Assembly (NCBI GenBank): GCA_002633005.1
Contig: NMRA01000521.1
Location: 109,348-173,347, forward strand
From: Phoronis australis
Taxonomy: Eukaryota; Animalia; Phoronida
DNA length: 64,000 nt
Direction: 5' to 3'
Shown here: piece by piece, positions 36,969-51,227 of the stretch
Position numbering within the stretch: position 1 is the first letter of the stretch
How the letters are laid out: each line of letters starts with the position of its first letter
Translations under genes and position numbers: made by a program
The notes under the pieces: generated by a model
What the model saw: the letters and a program-made list of their open reading frames with translations, nothing else
What the model was told of the DNA's origin: nothing
The model's database searches: none

Positions 36969-38849
36969 TTAAATGACGACTGACACTGTGCGTTACAGCA
37001 ATGAACCGGCACAAGTGGATTTCCGTGCTCATTTGACCACAGTAGCACCGGCTGGTGGCTAGTTGGGCTTAAATATTGGTCCTTTTCTGTAACAGTGAGG
37101 TAAGTACGTTTCTGGACAGTATCTTTTCAAGGACTTGAAATTTGACCCAGATTTACATTGTATGTGACAGCAATTCACGGTAACCATTTGATTTTCGAGC
37201 GGATTTGGCTATTACAATATTCCATGGGGAAAATTATGTCCGCTTGTCCGGTTCGATATGTTAATCGTTCATTTCGGCTTTTCATGAATTTCTACGTTCA
37301 TGTATGGTGGCTGTAGGTCATCCACGTACGGTGTGTGCCACTATCAATCTAGGAAGAGCGTTTTCGTATGATAATCAAAGAACCAATCGAAGCGTCTCAA
37401 GTAATGCTATGTGACGATAATCCGTCTGCACCAATCAAGTTTCAGCCAGATTGGACCACTGCAGCACACTATAGTGGCCATTTTGCCCCAACAAGAGTTT
37501 TTCAGTATTTTTGTGATATGCGTTTCCCGATCATATTTAGGTTACTACCAATAGACAGGTGTCTTTGAAACTTGAGAGCAAATTGACAAATCTCTAAGTA
37601 ACTTCATTAACGCCAGTGCAGCGACACCAGAAACCTTTCGCTGTGATATTACCACTTAAGCACACCCTAGTGGTCATTTTATTCTCAAAAAGGACTTCTT
37701 GGGGGTAGTGCGTAATCGTTATCGATGGACTACAATAAAATTTGACGAAACGGTATTTCAGGGGCGGCGCACTTATTTCAGCGCTTCGCTGCTCATGGTC
37801 TATGGGCGGTGCACCACAGGCGGGCTGGGGGGAGTTGCTATACTACCATCCTCCCTACTTTTTCAGTGCTTCGCTGCCCATGAAGTTGAAAACCAATGCG
37901 TCGGCACCAGTCGATTTCTGGGGGATTGAAAAATTTCAGCACCCATTAGTGGTCATGTTCCACCTTAAGAGCGGCGTTTTTTTTTTAACTTACTGTTTAT
38001 AAAAAGCACTTCGGGGAAAAGAGCGTTTCAAGGTTATGGCTAAAGAACTATTTGAAAAAGATCAACGTAGCTTGACACTCAGGTACGTTTTGGAGTGGGC
38101 CAGCACTAGTCAATTTTAGAAGGATTCAGCCATTGCAACACGTTATAGAAGCTACATGTATATCGATCTCAGCGGTTGTTCTTTTCATAAAATTTGAGGT
38201 TTAGTGGAAGATCATTTCCAAATGATCAAGAGAACATACATTTGTATCTCCAAGAATCGTGCCACAGATGTACATATGTATGTGACAGCACTTCACCCAC
38301 GGTTGGCTTTCCTAGTCGCCCAATCGCAAATACAAAATCCTTTGTTTTACCATGTAGATTATAGACAACACATTCACAGCTACGACATTTTCTTGTGACT
38401 GTACTATCCTAGAGGAGGCGCCACTCTTCTAAATTATCTGTTTCTTTTTCCGGTTAGTGTATTGTGACGGGAAATTTTTGCATCTATTTTACTGTATAAT
38501 ACAACGAAAAACAAATAATTTCGGCATTAAAACGCTGTTCAAAGTCTTCCAATACTAGAACTGTTGGTATCGTGAGTACTTTTAGCAATGCTACTACCAC
38601 CCGACTACACAGCAGCCGACCACGATTAGCAGACGACGTACTTGCCGGAAATAACTCTATAATTTGGCCAAATGTCGCTTGTGAATAATGACGTAACAGC
38701 TTGTGCGTAAGAGCACAGATTTCCTCCATTGAAAGTACATGTATACGGAGTTGGCGGTCCATGTATTATAGTCTATGGTTTTACAAAGATTGGGATCATT
38801 ACACTACAGAACATTCCAAAAAAATTAATGAAAGTCTGTTTTTTTCATA

Positions 38850-40260
38850 CTTTTATTTTGCTTTGGCACGATAATTACATGTCCCATAAAACAATGCAGT
38901 ATAGATCGTTTACAAAGAATAACATTAAAGCATTAGTCAACAAGTACCGTATTTCCTTCAGGATGTAATTTAATAAAGTTAATGAACAACTGGAAATTAA
39001 GATTTGATTTTTTTTAACAAACTTTTGGCTAAATATATAATTTTTTGCTAGCATGATCAACAGATTAATGTTACAATACTCCGACTGAATGTTTCCAAAA
39101 TACCAAAAAAACACTGCTATCTTGTCCACATGAAAATTTACATGAAATGTTTTTTTAACCACTCAGCAAACAGAAGCCAGAAACCGGAGACAAGACGACA
39201 TACCCAAAAGAGATGGAGAAAGGTTTCACCGTGTTCACCACAGAATGAGCATTGATACCTTGTTTTTATTTTAATTTTATGTAAATAATTAGTAGTTGGT
39301 AATATTCTTTGAATTAAGTGGTAGTGGAATCAACGCAAATTCGTTTCTTTTGTACAATTGAAAGGGAGTTTATTTACTTTTCTCCACCGTGTATCAGAGT
39401 CACTAAAATTTACATTATGTATAACACCGCTTATATCTATCTCAGATGACCACTTGTTTTTATATTTACAAGCTGTATGAAGTGACTGTACTAAGATGTC
39501 ATAAATATTTACCCCTTGTGATTTATTATGTAAAATTTCATAAATATAACTTGGAAAAGTTGCACTTCTTAATCCATAGAATTCTAGTATTGGAGGTTGA
39601 AAGTTGTAACCATTACAAAGTTGTTCGTATGACATAAAAGAACCTTGAGCATTAAACAAATCACACACACGATAGACTCCTCTTTCATACCAAGACTTGT
39701 AGAAAATAGATTTTCTACCAACTTTAATCTTTGAATTATACCACGGGGGAGAGTAAATAATATTTTAATTTTTGTCACACATTTGAAACAGGAGCACAAC
39801 ATCGCTTAAATCTTCCTTCCAGAACAATTGTCGGTTCCTTCACCTATTTTTTAAAGAAAGCGTCTCCCATTTTGAAAAAAGCTATCAACTTTACAACCCA
39901 AACCTGGCTCTGCAAGGTCACGTATGGTATGTGAGGCGAATAGTTTACGAAGCCACGATATTTTCAAACACTTAATAAAAAAACTAACATGAACCATTTT
40001 TAAACCACCATGATCCTGATTTTGTACAAATTCATTTCGCCTAACTCTGTCATTCTTCCCATTCCATATGAAGCCAAAGAAAACTCGCTCTAATTCTTGA
40101 ATCATGTCAATGGAGGGGCTAGGGAGGTATTGAAGCAAATGAACAATCTTGGGCAATAAATGTGTCTTAACCACGGTTATTTTACATAAAACATTAAGAA
40201 TTCTTCTTTAGCAAGAGCTCACTATTATCTTATCTGCTACGTTTAATCTTGTGTCATAGT
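38850..40260 (-). mobile_element. Decayed L1/Tx1-type LINE, 3' part of ORF2
   Basis: VKTHLLPKIVHLLQYLPSP..FFGFIWNGKNDRVRR..GGLKMVH..KCLKISWL; LFNAQGSFMSYEQL; zf-RVT-like CSFCGEHGETFLHLFWVC near 39190-39250; frameshifts and stops. Confidence 0.85.
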
Positions 40261-40364
40261 AACACTGAATATTGAAAATAGTTCATTTTCGCTCTAAAAC
40301 TGCGTTGCAAATGCTCTCCGCGGCATCAATCGGTTGTACCTATACCATGCAAGTACGACATATT

Positions 40365-40622
40365 TAACAGTTAAACCTGGGTCTGACCAAGTCTAAAGTT
40401 AAATATGGTTTAAGATCTTAATACAGGTCTAAAGAATATAGACCTCGTTGGTGAAATGAAAACTGACTTAGACCAGGTCTAAACTGGATTTAATCCAGGT
40501 TCTATTAGACCACTGGTCTAAAAGTGAAACCACCTTTATGAAATGCAGATTATCTTTAAACCTGGTCTAAGTCCAGTTTAAACCAGGTTTAACTTTAAAC
40601 CTCCTTTATGAAATCGGCTGCC
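40365..40622. mobile_element. Palindrome-rich MITE fragment (Harbinger-like end)
   Basis: Repeated taaacctggtctaa / ttagaccaggtctaaa inverted motifs, ending ctttatgaaatcggc. Confidence 0.5.
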
Positions 40623-41009
40623 GGTGTTCAATGGGTATAAGACCCGTGCAATGAAACAACGCCAATTTAACAGCAAATGATATCATGGTACTTGCATTAC
40701 AAAGGCTAGAAGCAAAATATTCAAAAAAAAAAAACAAGAAGACCTGGAAAAAAGGAAAGAAAAACAAAACGAAAAGAAATTAGGCATCCGATAAAGAACA
40801 TGTTATTATATATCTTCACCTTTAAAAATTATAAAAATCAGAGGAGGACAACAGGGACTCATAACTAATAACTGGAGAGATTGGGCACAGAAAAAACAGG
40901 ACCAAATACCGAAACTTTTAATCAAAAGACCTTAGCGGCGAACACTTATCTATGAACAGCAGTTGGTTCGGTGCTCTGCACGCCATCTTTCTCGAGTTCT
41001 TGATCGCCA

Positions 41010-41700
41010 CTATTCACTGAAGGTGGGAATCTCATTCATATTGTCAACTGCATAGCTTTTGCCGTCAATCACCAAGCGATCTCTATTCAGCCATACTTTG
41101 TTTACATGCGGGCACCGTCTCGCAGACTTAAGAAAAGGTATCAGGCGCTTTCGATTGACAATAGTCTCATGTGGGAAGTCCTCATTCACAAAAAATTTCG
41201 AACCTTGAAACTTTCTCTTTTCCATCCACACTTGCTGTCGTTGTTTATAGAACGAAAACTTATCAATGAGGATACCTTTATCGCCAATCGGGTGCAGTCT
41301 TTCAAAGGAGATGTTGTCGAGGCCCATATTTCGCTTTAGCACTATAGATAAACTGTTGTCACACGACATATTTCAAATATCCGTTTTCTTTCTCCAACAC
41401 AGCAATTTTCTCTATACACTGTTTGGAATTTGCTAAGGCTTCTTCCGCAGTGTTAAAGGCTAAGTTTAACGATTCTTTTATGTGACCGAGCTCGTTCATA
41501 ATCTCCGTATTAGACCTTTTAACTCACTTTTTAATGATGAAAACCACTCGGGTTCATTCTCTGGCACTTATTTGCCGTCTTTTGGCGCAGGAGATGATGT
41601 GTTTCTTTTCGGACGTCCCATTTCAAGCAACAAGGTGAAGATAACTTTGAAAATTTACAGAGCAACAAAACGCAGGTTTTGTGAAGGCGCCATTTTAGCG
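41010..41700 (-). mobile_element. L1/Tx1-type ORF1 relic
   Basis: ISFERLHPIG..ILIDKFSFYKQRQQV..FFVNEDFPHETIVNRKRLIPFLKSAR..LNRDRLVIDGKSY, typical of L1-clade ORF1 C-terminal regions; same strand as the ORF2 relic at 38850-40260. Confidence 0.8.
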
Positions 41701-42255
41701 GAAGTCAAGATTAATGAAAGTTGTTCGAAGGAAAGTTTTTGGCGATAATACTTTTAAACTTACTCCGTTTGTACTAAATAAACATATTCCCATATTCCCA
41801 TTCCTCCTCTTGTTTTACTCTGCAACATAGCTCGTGGCGTACCCCGGGCAAAATAGATTACGATAAATAAACATTCCACCCTTAACACTATGCCCCGTGT
41901 AAGAAGCAACTCTGGAACAAAGGAATACAAACAATTCCCACACATAGGCGGCGCAACCTCAGCCGAGCCAGGTCAAAATTGTCATTCTATGTCTAGAATT
42001 CAATGGCCAATTAACAAATCTTCAGAATTTTTTTGCCAAATCTGTTTTTAATAATAGCAGTGTCATGTATATGTACACAGTTACAGAGACAAAAAACGAT
42101 TGGAGTAACCTGTTCTATAACAACAAGTTTTTGGTTGTTCTACAAAAACTTCTACAAAAAGTTTGTAGTTCGGCGACGCAAGGTCAACTTAACCTACTAA
42201 AAGGATGTGGAACGCAATTTCCATTTGCGATAAAAGCAACTTTAAAACTTCTCTC

Positions 42256-42794
42256 TTATAGCTTTGTTTCAGTGCAATCGCTGGTTTTGTGAGTAGTTTC
42301 ACTGCTTTTCTCTTCGATATTTTTTAGAATATTTCCGCTGTTGTCATCCTGTACAAGAACCAATTGGGGAGGCAATTTGTCTGAAATTACACTATCGGCT
42401 TCACCAAGTGACCGGCTCTTGTAAAAAGTCTCCTCAAAATTGCACTCAGAATCGATTGAGAGCACCTGAGAAAGCATCCGCCTCAGTCGATCGGACATAA
42501 TTGAGGTTGTGTCGTCTTCAAAGAGCTTAGTTTTCTTGAACTCTTCGCACTGTTGGCCATCTATTTGATTCACACAGTTTACATCTGCGATTCCCGTTCC
42601 TAAACTGTTTTTACTGCCGCCTGTCTTGCCTTGTAACATTTCCAGCTGTAGGGGAAACTGTTTGTTATTGATTCTTCCAAGTCCGTTTCCTCCTTTGTCC
42701 TTTATTGTTTTCCTTCGACAGGGTCCCAGACAGCAGATAAGAATGAAACAGAAAACCACAATTGGTGTCGCGACTACAAGAGGCTCGAGTTCAC
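42256..42794 (-). CDS. Terminal exon of a second single-pass membrane protein
   Basis: aatttcag| acceptor at 42795, phase 1; PLVVATPIVVFCFILICCLGPC followed by RRK and about 150 aa of tail to TAA. Upstream exons not identified. Confidence 0.65.
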
Positions 42795-43288
42795 CTGAAA
42801 TTGAACGAGGAAAATTTAGACGTTTGCTGTAAAGTTCAGAATTAACCTCCGACGTACTCAAACTTTATTATCGGATAGGGACGAATTTGTTAAAACGTCC
42901 ATTGCCATTATCTTGTTTGTAAAGATCCTCAGGGAGCTCAAAACCGCGGAGTAGGTCTGAAATTTGGATTTAGCAAGAATGAAATGGTCTGAGAAATTAA
43001 GCTTCTTTGAATTCCACAAAACATGTACAAGCCAATATTTAACACGTGCTTTCTTTTAAAAACCAACATTGATTTAGAACACTAGCATTTATGAAATTTG
43101 TGTTAATTTGGTAATTGGCTACATAGGTGCGTAACTGACAGTTTTAGCTTCAGATGACATTTCAGGTTTCGCTTTTACCTAAAATTTAATGAATTTCATA
43201 AGGTGAAATAACTAATTGTCTGTTCATCACAAGCCCAGCGCAAAAAGACAAGACCAGTGTTATGACAGTAACTTACCGGAACCAAAAC

Positions 43289-43341
43289 TTGATTTTTGAT
43301 AGAAAGTACGGTTTTAAACCGTACTTTCTATCAAAAATCAA
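43289..43341. repeat. Perfect inverted repeat, 26-bp arms with 1-nt spacer
   Basis: ttgatttttgatagaaagtacggttt-t-aaaccgtactttctatcaaaaatcaa. Confidence 0.95.
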
Positions 43342-44495
43342 CGGTATTAAAATACCGTTTTAGCAACTGAAACTTCAAGGCGGTTTCGTATGAAGTTTGT
43401 CTCCCATTCCTTTTGTAGAGTGTGCATGCACCTAAACTGCAGGCAACCCGTAGCACCTCGGTTGGCTGGTTAGGGGCTACAATAATTTCCACCGCTTTAT
43501 GTACACATTTCGTCCCGTGTATTTTAAACAGGCGGTAAGCCACACCCGGCCACCGATTAGGAGTTTTCACCTCGTCAAAAATAAATTCCACACTATAAGC
43601 TATCACTTAAAAAAGCGTTTACTTTCTTAAGTGGTCTTTTCTACTTCTACACATATCTTCGATGAAGCTTAGTTACGAGAATTAAGGTGACTTTGGCGAT
43701 GAATTCCAACTCCACTGTCTAGGTCACCGTTAGCTTTTTCACCACGCGCGCGATAACCACATTGCATTTCTACTGAGTGACATGAATTAGGCAAAGGCTA
43801 GCGCGAGACTGAGCGAAGCGCGTGACGATGGCGCATGACACTTGCAAAATAGCATGGGAAGGTATCAGGTGAAATTTGTAAGATTTGTGTCCATTGACCT
43901 TTTTATTCGTCAATATGCGTGCTTTCATGTAACTTCCTCAAAATTGCACCGGTTAGAGAAACTCGAGCAAACCGCGACAGATTTTCATCGATTTGTTCAA
44001 ATTATCTTGACTGAATCGTCTCCAGACTTATGGTATGTGTTCATTATAGCTCCATTTGCATATACGCGTGTTTCATTTGATTTTATTTCCTGCATTTTGA
44101 ACTTCGTAACTTCTTGTGGGGATGTACTATTGCCCCTGTACGCCTGCGGCATCCAGGGCGATGTTATTGTCTACTAAACTGAAACTATCAAAAAGCGCAG
44201 AATTACACGTAGCTCTAGAATATTGGGTGCTTTGACGGTGAAAGGTGGATTACGGTCAGTTTAACTCATTGACTACCTGCATGTATTCAAACTCCGATAT
44301 ATGTCTAAGGGCATTTTATTGTGAGAATGTCGGGATGTCTTGATCAACCACATTCAACTCGGACACTGACCTCGTACATGTATATTCTTTTAGACAGGAC
44401 TGGCATCTTTTCAAGTTTCGATAGGGTCAAAATAACTATTCATACGGACTCCTTTGAGAAATATATGATTGTTATCTTCTAAAATTAGCGAAGGA

Positions 44496-44804
44496 CAGTG
44501 GCGGATCTAGGATACCATAAGGGGGGCCAAACATGCTGCATCGGGAAATTGGGCAAATTGCGATTGTATGTACACAGGCGGCCCGAAAACTCCGGAGGCT
44601 GCGGGGGCCGGGGGATGTGGACCTGCTGTTCAGAAAATCTATCGGTGGACTAAAAAAAAAAACGGGAACACGATACCGCCGCGATCTGAGGTCGCTACTG
44701 GTCCTGGTTCCTGAGCTCAATATTTCCTCACGCTTCACGCTGTTGCCGTTTTATTTTGCTTGCGGCAGCTAAAGAGGGGGGGAGGCGGCCTAAATCCGCC
44801 AATA
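44496..44804. mobile_element. GC-rich MITE
   Basis: cagtggcggatcta ... taaatccgccaata imperfect TIRs with G-runs; aagga on both flanks. Confidence 0.6.
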
Positions 44805-47739
44805 AAGGACCTCTTTTGAACGTGAAGAAACATTTGTTTACAATATTCTAACCGGAAAATTAATAGCACAGCTGCATGTAGACGAAAATTGATTCAGCAT
44901 TTTTTCCCGAGTCATACAATCGGTATCATAATAATCCTTCTTGTGATACAATTCTATATACACCTCCACCATCTAAAGTCACGGACATTTAAACAGAGCG
45001 TCATGCAGTTTTAAGACGGATAATTGTTGGAGCGAATGGTTATGCCAAGTGTCTTTGAAACGTTTCCGGGTGGATTACAGATCAACATGACAACCATATA
45101 CAAAATTTATATATATTTTTGTCTCTCCATTGTTATGGAGTTTAAACACTCACGTTTGTGCTCACCGTAGTTGTTTGTCTCCCATTCAGATTGAAACATC
45201 ATTTTCAATGCGCGGTTTACGTCATATTACACAATAGTTTTGTGACTTCATTAAAAGAAAAAATACCCACTTACGTCGGTATAGAAACAAGCAAGTGAAA
45301 AATTACTTATACCAAAATACTTACTTGATTTTTGTGAAAATGTTCTTAATTCCGGTTGAGTCCAGTCACTTTAGTTCCCTACCCTAAGCCTGGTTTACCG
45401 ATTTCTCTCTATACTTACTCCTGAAACCCTCCAAGGTACCATTGGTAGACTATTCGTTCTCAGATGGTTAACAACATGAAGCAGCTTTGCGGTATAGACA
45501 GCAGTTGGTCGAGTGGGTAGATCGTATGGGCTCCCAAACTTAAAGCCCACTTAAAAAGGTAACGCCTGATGGGATGTCTGGGAGTTTTAAGTTATGTGCT
45601 GCATGTGAAGATGACGAATGACATTTACTTAAATCTCTTCAAGGAGAAAAATTCCTAAGCCGTGAAATTTCTTACACATTTACTACTTGGAAGCGGGAAC
45701 TTCATATACCCTTCAGATACCTTGATTTGCAAAAAAAAATCAGGCTAGTCGACATTCACTTTTCACATGATTTCAATAATGTGGATAGTTTTGTCAGTCT
45801 TCAGGAATGCACTGTGTGTATTCCTTCCGTAGACACCGAAATTGCACACGGCCAGGGTAGATCTGCTCGTCACCTCGCCGAGAACTTATATCAACATGTA
45901 AAGCGGACGGGGTGCCTTCAAAATCTGGGAATCGACCGACACTTACCTTGTCGTTTAAGTGAAAACCAATGCAATAAACGTCATTTTCTTGCGTAACATT
46001 CCGCCTTTTCTAACAGTGAAAAGTATGTAGTCGTTTTGAAAACAGTACGATCGTGTCACGCGCACGCGCCATTTCCTAAATTCTTGAGACAAATTCACAG
46101 CAGCAAAATTTGTTCTGAAATTCGGTTTTTCGGTATCGAAATTCTAAAAACTTATAATGAAGTGAAACCAGTTCCAATAATTTGTTGTGAAGTGTACCAA
46201 GCTCGTTAAAGAACAACAGCTTATTGAACAATCGGCGAAAAAAGAAACTGGCCAATAGCTAGGTGACGCAATATTTCATGGCGCCCAAAGCCGACACAGA
46301 AAATCGCTCCACTACTTTAGCAGCAGAATAACGGTAGAACGCCATTTTTCCAACACCGTTAAATAATTTAGTTTACTCAAGGAAGAGTGCAGTTTTTAAT
46401 GATACTAATTTTGTGTCAGATTTTATCTTACCACTTTTTTACCCACATCGGTGCAAAGTTGTTTATTTAGTATATACAGCTTTGTACCAAGGTTAGTGAA
46501 AGTGATGACTTGGTAAAAACTGCTGTTTTTTTCTTCTTTCAAGTAGCCGGCTGCTTTTTTGGTAGTCGTAAAAGATGAAAAATAATTTGGAATCGTTTTC
46601 AGTAGACTTTGAAGAAGAATGTTTCTACATCATGTGTAACACACTGCTGGAGCTGACTCAGCCTGGTTTTTAAAGCAAAAAACAGCAAATCCGATGGATA
46701 TTTCGGATAGAATTTGGCGTACTTAGTTTATTACATTTTTGCAAAATTCATAGCGTCCTGATTTGTTTCTGAAAAATTGTATCAAATTATTTGCACCACA
46801 CTCATTTGCAGAATGTTCTTTTTGCGTGAAATTCTTTGGAACTTTTGAGAGATTTTAGTCTTTTTTCTCCTCATCTAGGCCTATTCGCCGGTAGAAAATT
46901 CTGAAACATGCAATTACCAACTGCAAACAGAGTTATTACAAAAACGTTTTTGTTAAAGTGGCCATGGACAATTACTGTATGATGAGGTTCGCGAGAATAT
47001 GTTCATATTGCCATTTGTAAATTCATCTTCTTATGTTACATATACATGTACATGATTGTACTTTTGGTGTGAGACACTGTGCGAAGTCAATAATAACCAA
47101 GAGAACACACTCTGAGAAGCACGTGACCCTCATGCCGGGAAGGTTTGTTTTCTGACTTGTACGGACTCTCCCACCTAACAATGACCAAATTCATATAGTT
47201 TGAAGACAGAACCAACAGTAATCCATCTCACATGATTAGGAATAACGACCAGACCCCGACGAGTGGCTGAAAAAGAACACCAAGCCGAAACCGACAATGG
47301 ACGCCATATTGACAGGGAACGGACAGAATGTCGCCAAGAACACTCGGTCATTGAAAGATGAACTAAAACAGGCACTCATGGACTCACATATTCAGTCAGT
47401 GTTTACAAACATGATAAAGCCCTTAATTGAAGCTGGTTTGTCTGAAATAAAGCACTTGAGTTTCAATACTGTTGTGAACGTAGGTAGGTATTTGTTGCCT
47501 TGTCTCGATATCGTCTGTCCTTGTTCGTCTGAGTTTTATGGTTGACTGGAAGTAGTTCATAGATTGTATCACGTGACTGGGGTACTGTTGGACCTGGACC
47601 TTCTCTTGCGTGCGTCCTTCCTGCGAGAAGGACGTCTTCTCAGCGTGTGTGTATCAAAGTCAGAAGACAAGTAAAGGAATGGACAAGGACCAGTAGCACC
47701 GTCGAACATTAATAGCCACAATCACAACAATAGGATCAA

Positions 47740-50700
47740 AAGATGGCTGAAATGGACAAAAATAACAACACTTGAAAATCAACTGGACAAGCTGAAGCAA
47801 GAAAGTGGCTCTCAACATACACAGGTTGGAATCTGATTTGGATGAGCTTGAGCAGTACAGCCGCCGAAACTGCGGAATAACAGAATCTGACAAGGAGTGC
47901 ACAGACGACATTGTTATTGGTCTAGAAAAAGGATTGGTGTTACCGACGAGAAATCTGACATACGTCGCAGCCATCGCCTAGGTAAAAAATCTGAGGTATA
48001 AATTTACGAATTACAATGCAAGAGCCGAATTCATGAGAAGTAAAAGGAAATTGAGAACTGCAGCCGGCAAGATCTACGAAAATGAGACAGCTGAATTTCC
48101 TTTTTCCATTAAGTTAATTGAGTTTTACGGTAATTCCAATGTTTCACATTGCCCAGTGAACTTTTAACTGTCTTTGTACTCCATGCGCAATTGCCAAACT
48201 ACAATTGTAGCGTACCATAATTGTCAGGTACTTGGGACCCTGTTGAGAGACCTCGGTACGAACGTACTTCCCGTATTTCCGGTATCCATTAGTGTGTATC
48301 TATTTAGCGTATTTTTCTTCTAGTTTTAATATAGTTTTAGCCGTTGTGCCCAACATATAATCTTCACAGCTAACATATAACTGCTACTCAGGTTATGTCA
48401 AAGTTCGTGACAACCGTGTCACATAGTTTTATTGATGGGGCTGTGCTCTATTTTGTTCTATTTTGTTCTAAGCGTCATAGCTTCATACTGAGCAATCTAT
48501 CTAGGGGGGGGGGCTATTTATGAGAGGGCTCTGTATTGCGTGTAGGCACGGAGTGAAGGCAAGCTTATTATTTATGTGTATGATCTGTTTGCTTAGTGTG
48601 GGTCTCCTGACTAGTCCCAGACGCATACTATAGAGCCAAGTCACTTTCTTGAAATGTAGTTATCCTTAAATTTCGTTCTACTTGTTTTTTGTACGAGAAC
48701 CGTATGGACAATTTTTCTAAATGTTTTCATTGTAGTGTCATTATCAAAAATAGTGGTAGAATAAGCCTTACCATGAGGAGCAGTATTCATTGGTTTTCTA
48801 TCATTGATGCTGTACCCTCTGAAATCTATGATGGGCATGTGGATGTGTTTGTATTGTTTTTGTTTTATTTTGAGTGTATATGGTGTGAATGGGTCAGGAT
48901 TGTACCGCTATTATTTGATTGTTATTTGATATATGCGCATAACCATTATAATGATGACAGGTGAACGTAAAGTAACCTTATTGAACTGCAGACGGCTGGG
49001 TCTTCACGAAAGATGAAAAGATGTTCTCAATTATTTAGGAGAAAAACAGTACTCCATTTATTGCCTACAGGACAGACACGCTTTACTAAGATAGGAGAAA
49101 ACAATATGAGATCAATGTTGGAGATATGAAAACAATATTAGATCAATGTTGGAGATATGAAAACAATATTAGATCAATGTTGGAGATACGAATGCTTTTT
49201 CACTTCAAATACTTTAGATTCCCGTGGAGTAGCGATCCTCTTTAAGAACAGTTTTGAGCATAAATTACATAACATTAGGCAAGACTACAGTGGTAATGAA
49301 CTAATTTTGGATATTACTTTTAATGAAACAAGAATAACGTTAATTAGTACGTATTGTCCAATTAGGGACTCGCCGTCTTTTTTGAAAGAATAGAACAAGA
49401 CATTCAAGATATAGGAAATTGCTCGTTTATTTGGGCAGGCGATTTTAAACTTGCTCTCGTACAGTCTAAGGTCAGGGATTAAGTCGATGGAGCTTTGTAC
49501 AGAATTGTCTATTGCTGATGCGTGGCGGGAACTGAACCTCAATACTAAAGAATACGCTTGGGCAGCTGGAATGAAACGATCCAGACTAGATTTTTTTCTA
49601 ATTTCTGAAAACCTTTTAGCCGATATTGAAGACTCCATAGTGGAAGTCGGTTACCGGTCCAATCATTCAATGGTAACGATTGTTTTAAAAGCGATGGTTC
49701 CAGGTGGAGGAAATCATTTTAGAAGTTTAATATCTCTTTCCTAAGAAGCTCTGTGTATATTGCTGCATTCAAGGATACTATTAAATTAGTTTAACAACAG
49801 TACATGTATACGACAGACAATATTCAGACAGTTGATATTACAGGTAATTCAGATTTACAATTGTCTATGAATGATCAACTTTTTCTTGAAACATTGTTGA
49901 TGGAGATTCGCGGCAAAACAATTTCCTTTGCTACTTACTTAAAAAGAAAAAAGTGATAGAGCTAAACAGCAACATATTGAAGAAATAAGGTTGTTGGAAA
50001 AATGTGTAAGCCTTGATAGGGAACTACTGGAACAAAAAATAATCGACTTGCCGAGCTAAGGCAAAAGGTTAAAAGGTCTTATGACTAAGTCGAGAGCAAA
50101 ATAGATGGAAGAGGGTGAAAAACTTTCCAGATATTTTCTTCACTTAGAAAATAGGCATTACACAAGTAAGTTTTTGGGGAAATCTGACAATACTAAAACC
50201 AATAACGAAGAAGTTATTCAGGAAACCAAAACTTTTTACGAAAATCTATACAAATATAGACATTCTAACAATAATGCTTTAGAAAATCTTCTTGATAAGG
50301 TTTGTGTCTCCAAACTGAATGAAACAGAAAAAGAAAAATTAGAAGGTATTCTTACATATGAAGAAGACACACAATGCTTGAAAAATTTAAAAACAACAGC
50401 AACTGATATTGCACATTTCGTTGTTTGCTCACTTAATACTAGTTTTGCAGTTGGCCAGTTATCATCAACGCAGAAAGAGGGACTGATTACCTGCATCCCT
50501 AAGGGAGCAGATAAAAGTAAATATTTGAAAAACTGGACACCCATATCCTCTCTCAATGTGAAATATAAATTGGCTTCTTCGGCTGTGGCTGAACGGTAGA
50601 AATCCGTTTTGGGAAAACTAATCAGTAAGATTTCGTTTCTGGAAGAAATATGAACGAAAATATCCGCGTTATGTGATTTAATGTTTTATGCCCAGGCAGC

Positions 50701-51225
50701 TAACAAACCTGGGTTGGTTTTACTCATTGATTTTGAGAAAGCGTTTGATTAATTTTCGTGGAATTTTATTCAAAAACTATGTCTTTCCTTAATTTTGGTT
50801 GGTCTATTAGATTGTGGGTGAAAGTCTTTTACAAAATTATTTAGTCCTGTGTTGTCATAAATGGTCACCCATCTTCCTGGTTTAATATTCCGTGTGGCTG
50901 CAGACAAGGTGAACCTTTGTCTACCTACATTTTCATATTTTTCGCGGAAATTTTGGCCTATTCAATCAAGAAATTATAATAAAAATGTTGCTGGTGTAGT
51001 TGCAGGAAATAAGGAATATTTGAATTCACAATATGTTAACGACACATCAATTACGCTGGATGGGTCCAATTTGTCATTGACTAGCACATTGAATATAATA
51101 CATTTGTTTGCTAGTGTCTCTGGTCTCCAAGTGAATGTACATGTAGGCCATAGTCCACTCGACTCTAGAAAGCCTAGAAAATCACTTCCGCGGACACTTT
51201 TTGGGGGCAAGATAATATTGGTGTT
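47740..51225 (+). mobile_element. Decayed L1/Tx1-type LINE: ORF1 relic and ORF2 (AP endonuclease plus RT)
   Basis: ORF1 LDELEQYSRRN (about 47838-47870); endonuclease IYCLQD, SRGVAILFKN, SRLDFFLISE, GYRSNHSMV; EEGEKLSRYFLHLE; GLITCIPKG..LKNWTPISSLNVKYKL; IDFEKAFD; SQYVNDTS. Many stops and frameshifts; 30-bp tandem triplication near 49100-49190. Confidence 0.88.
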
Positions 51226-51227
51226 TT

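Noticed and set aside
45495-45560. tRNA or tRNA-derived SINE head (gcagttggtcgagtgggtag)
   Set aside because: Only an A-box-like stretch; no B box or cloverleaf could be built.
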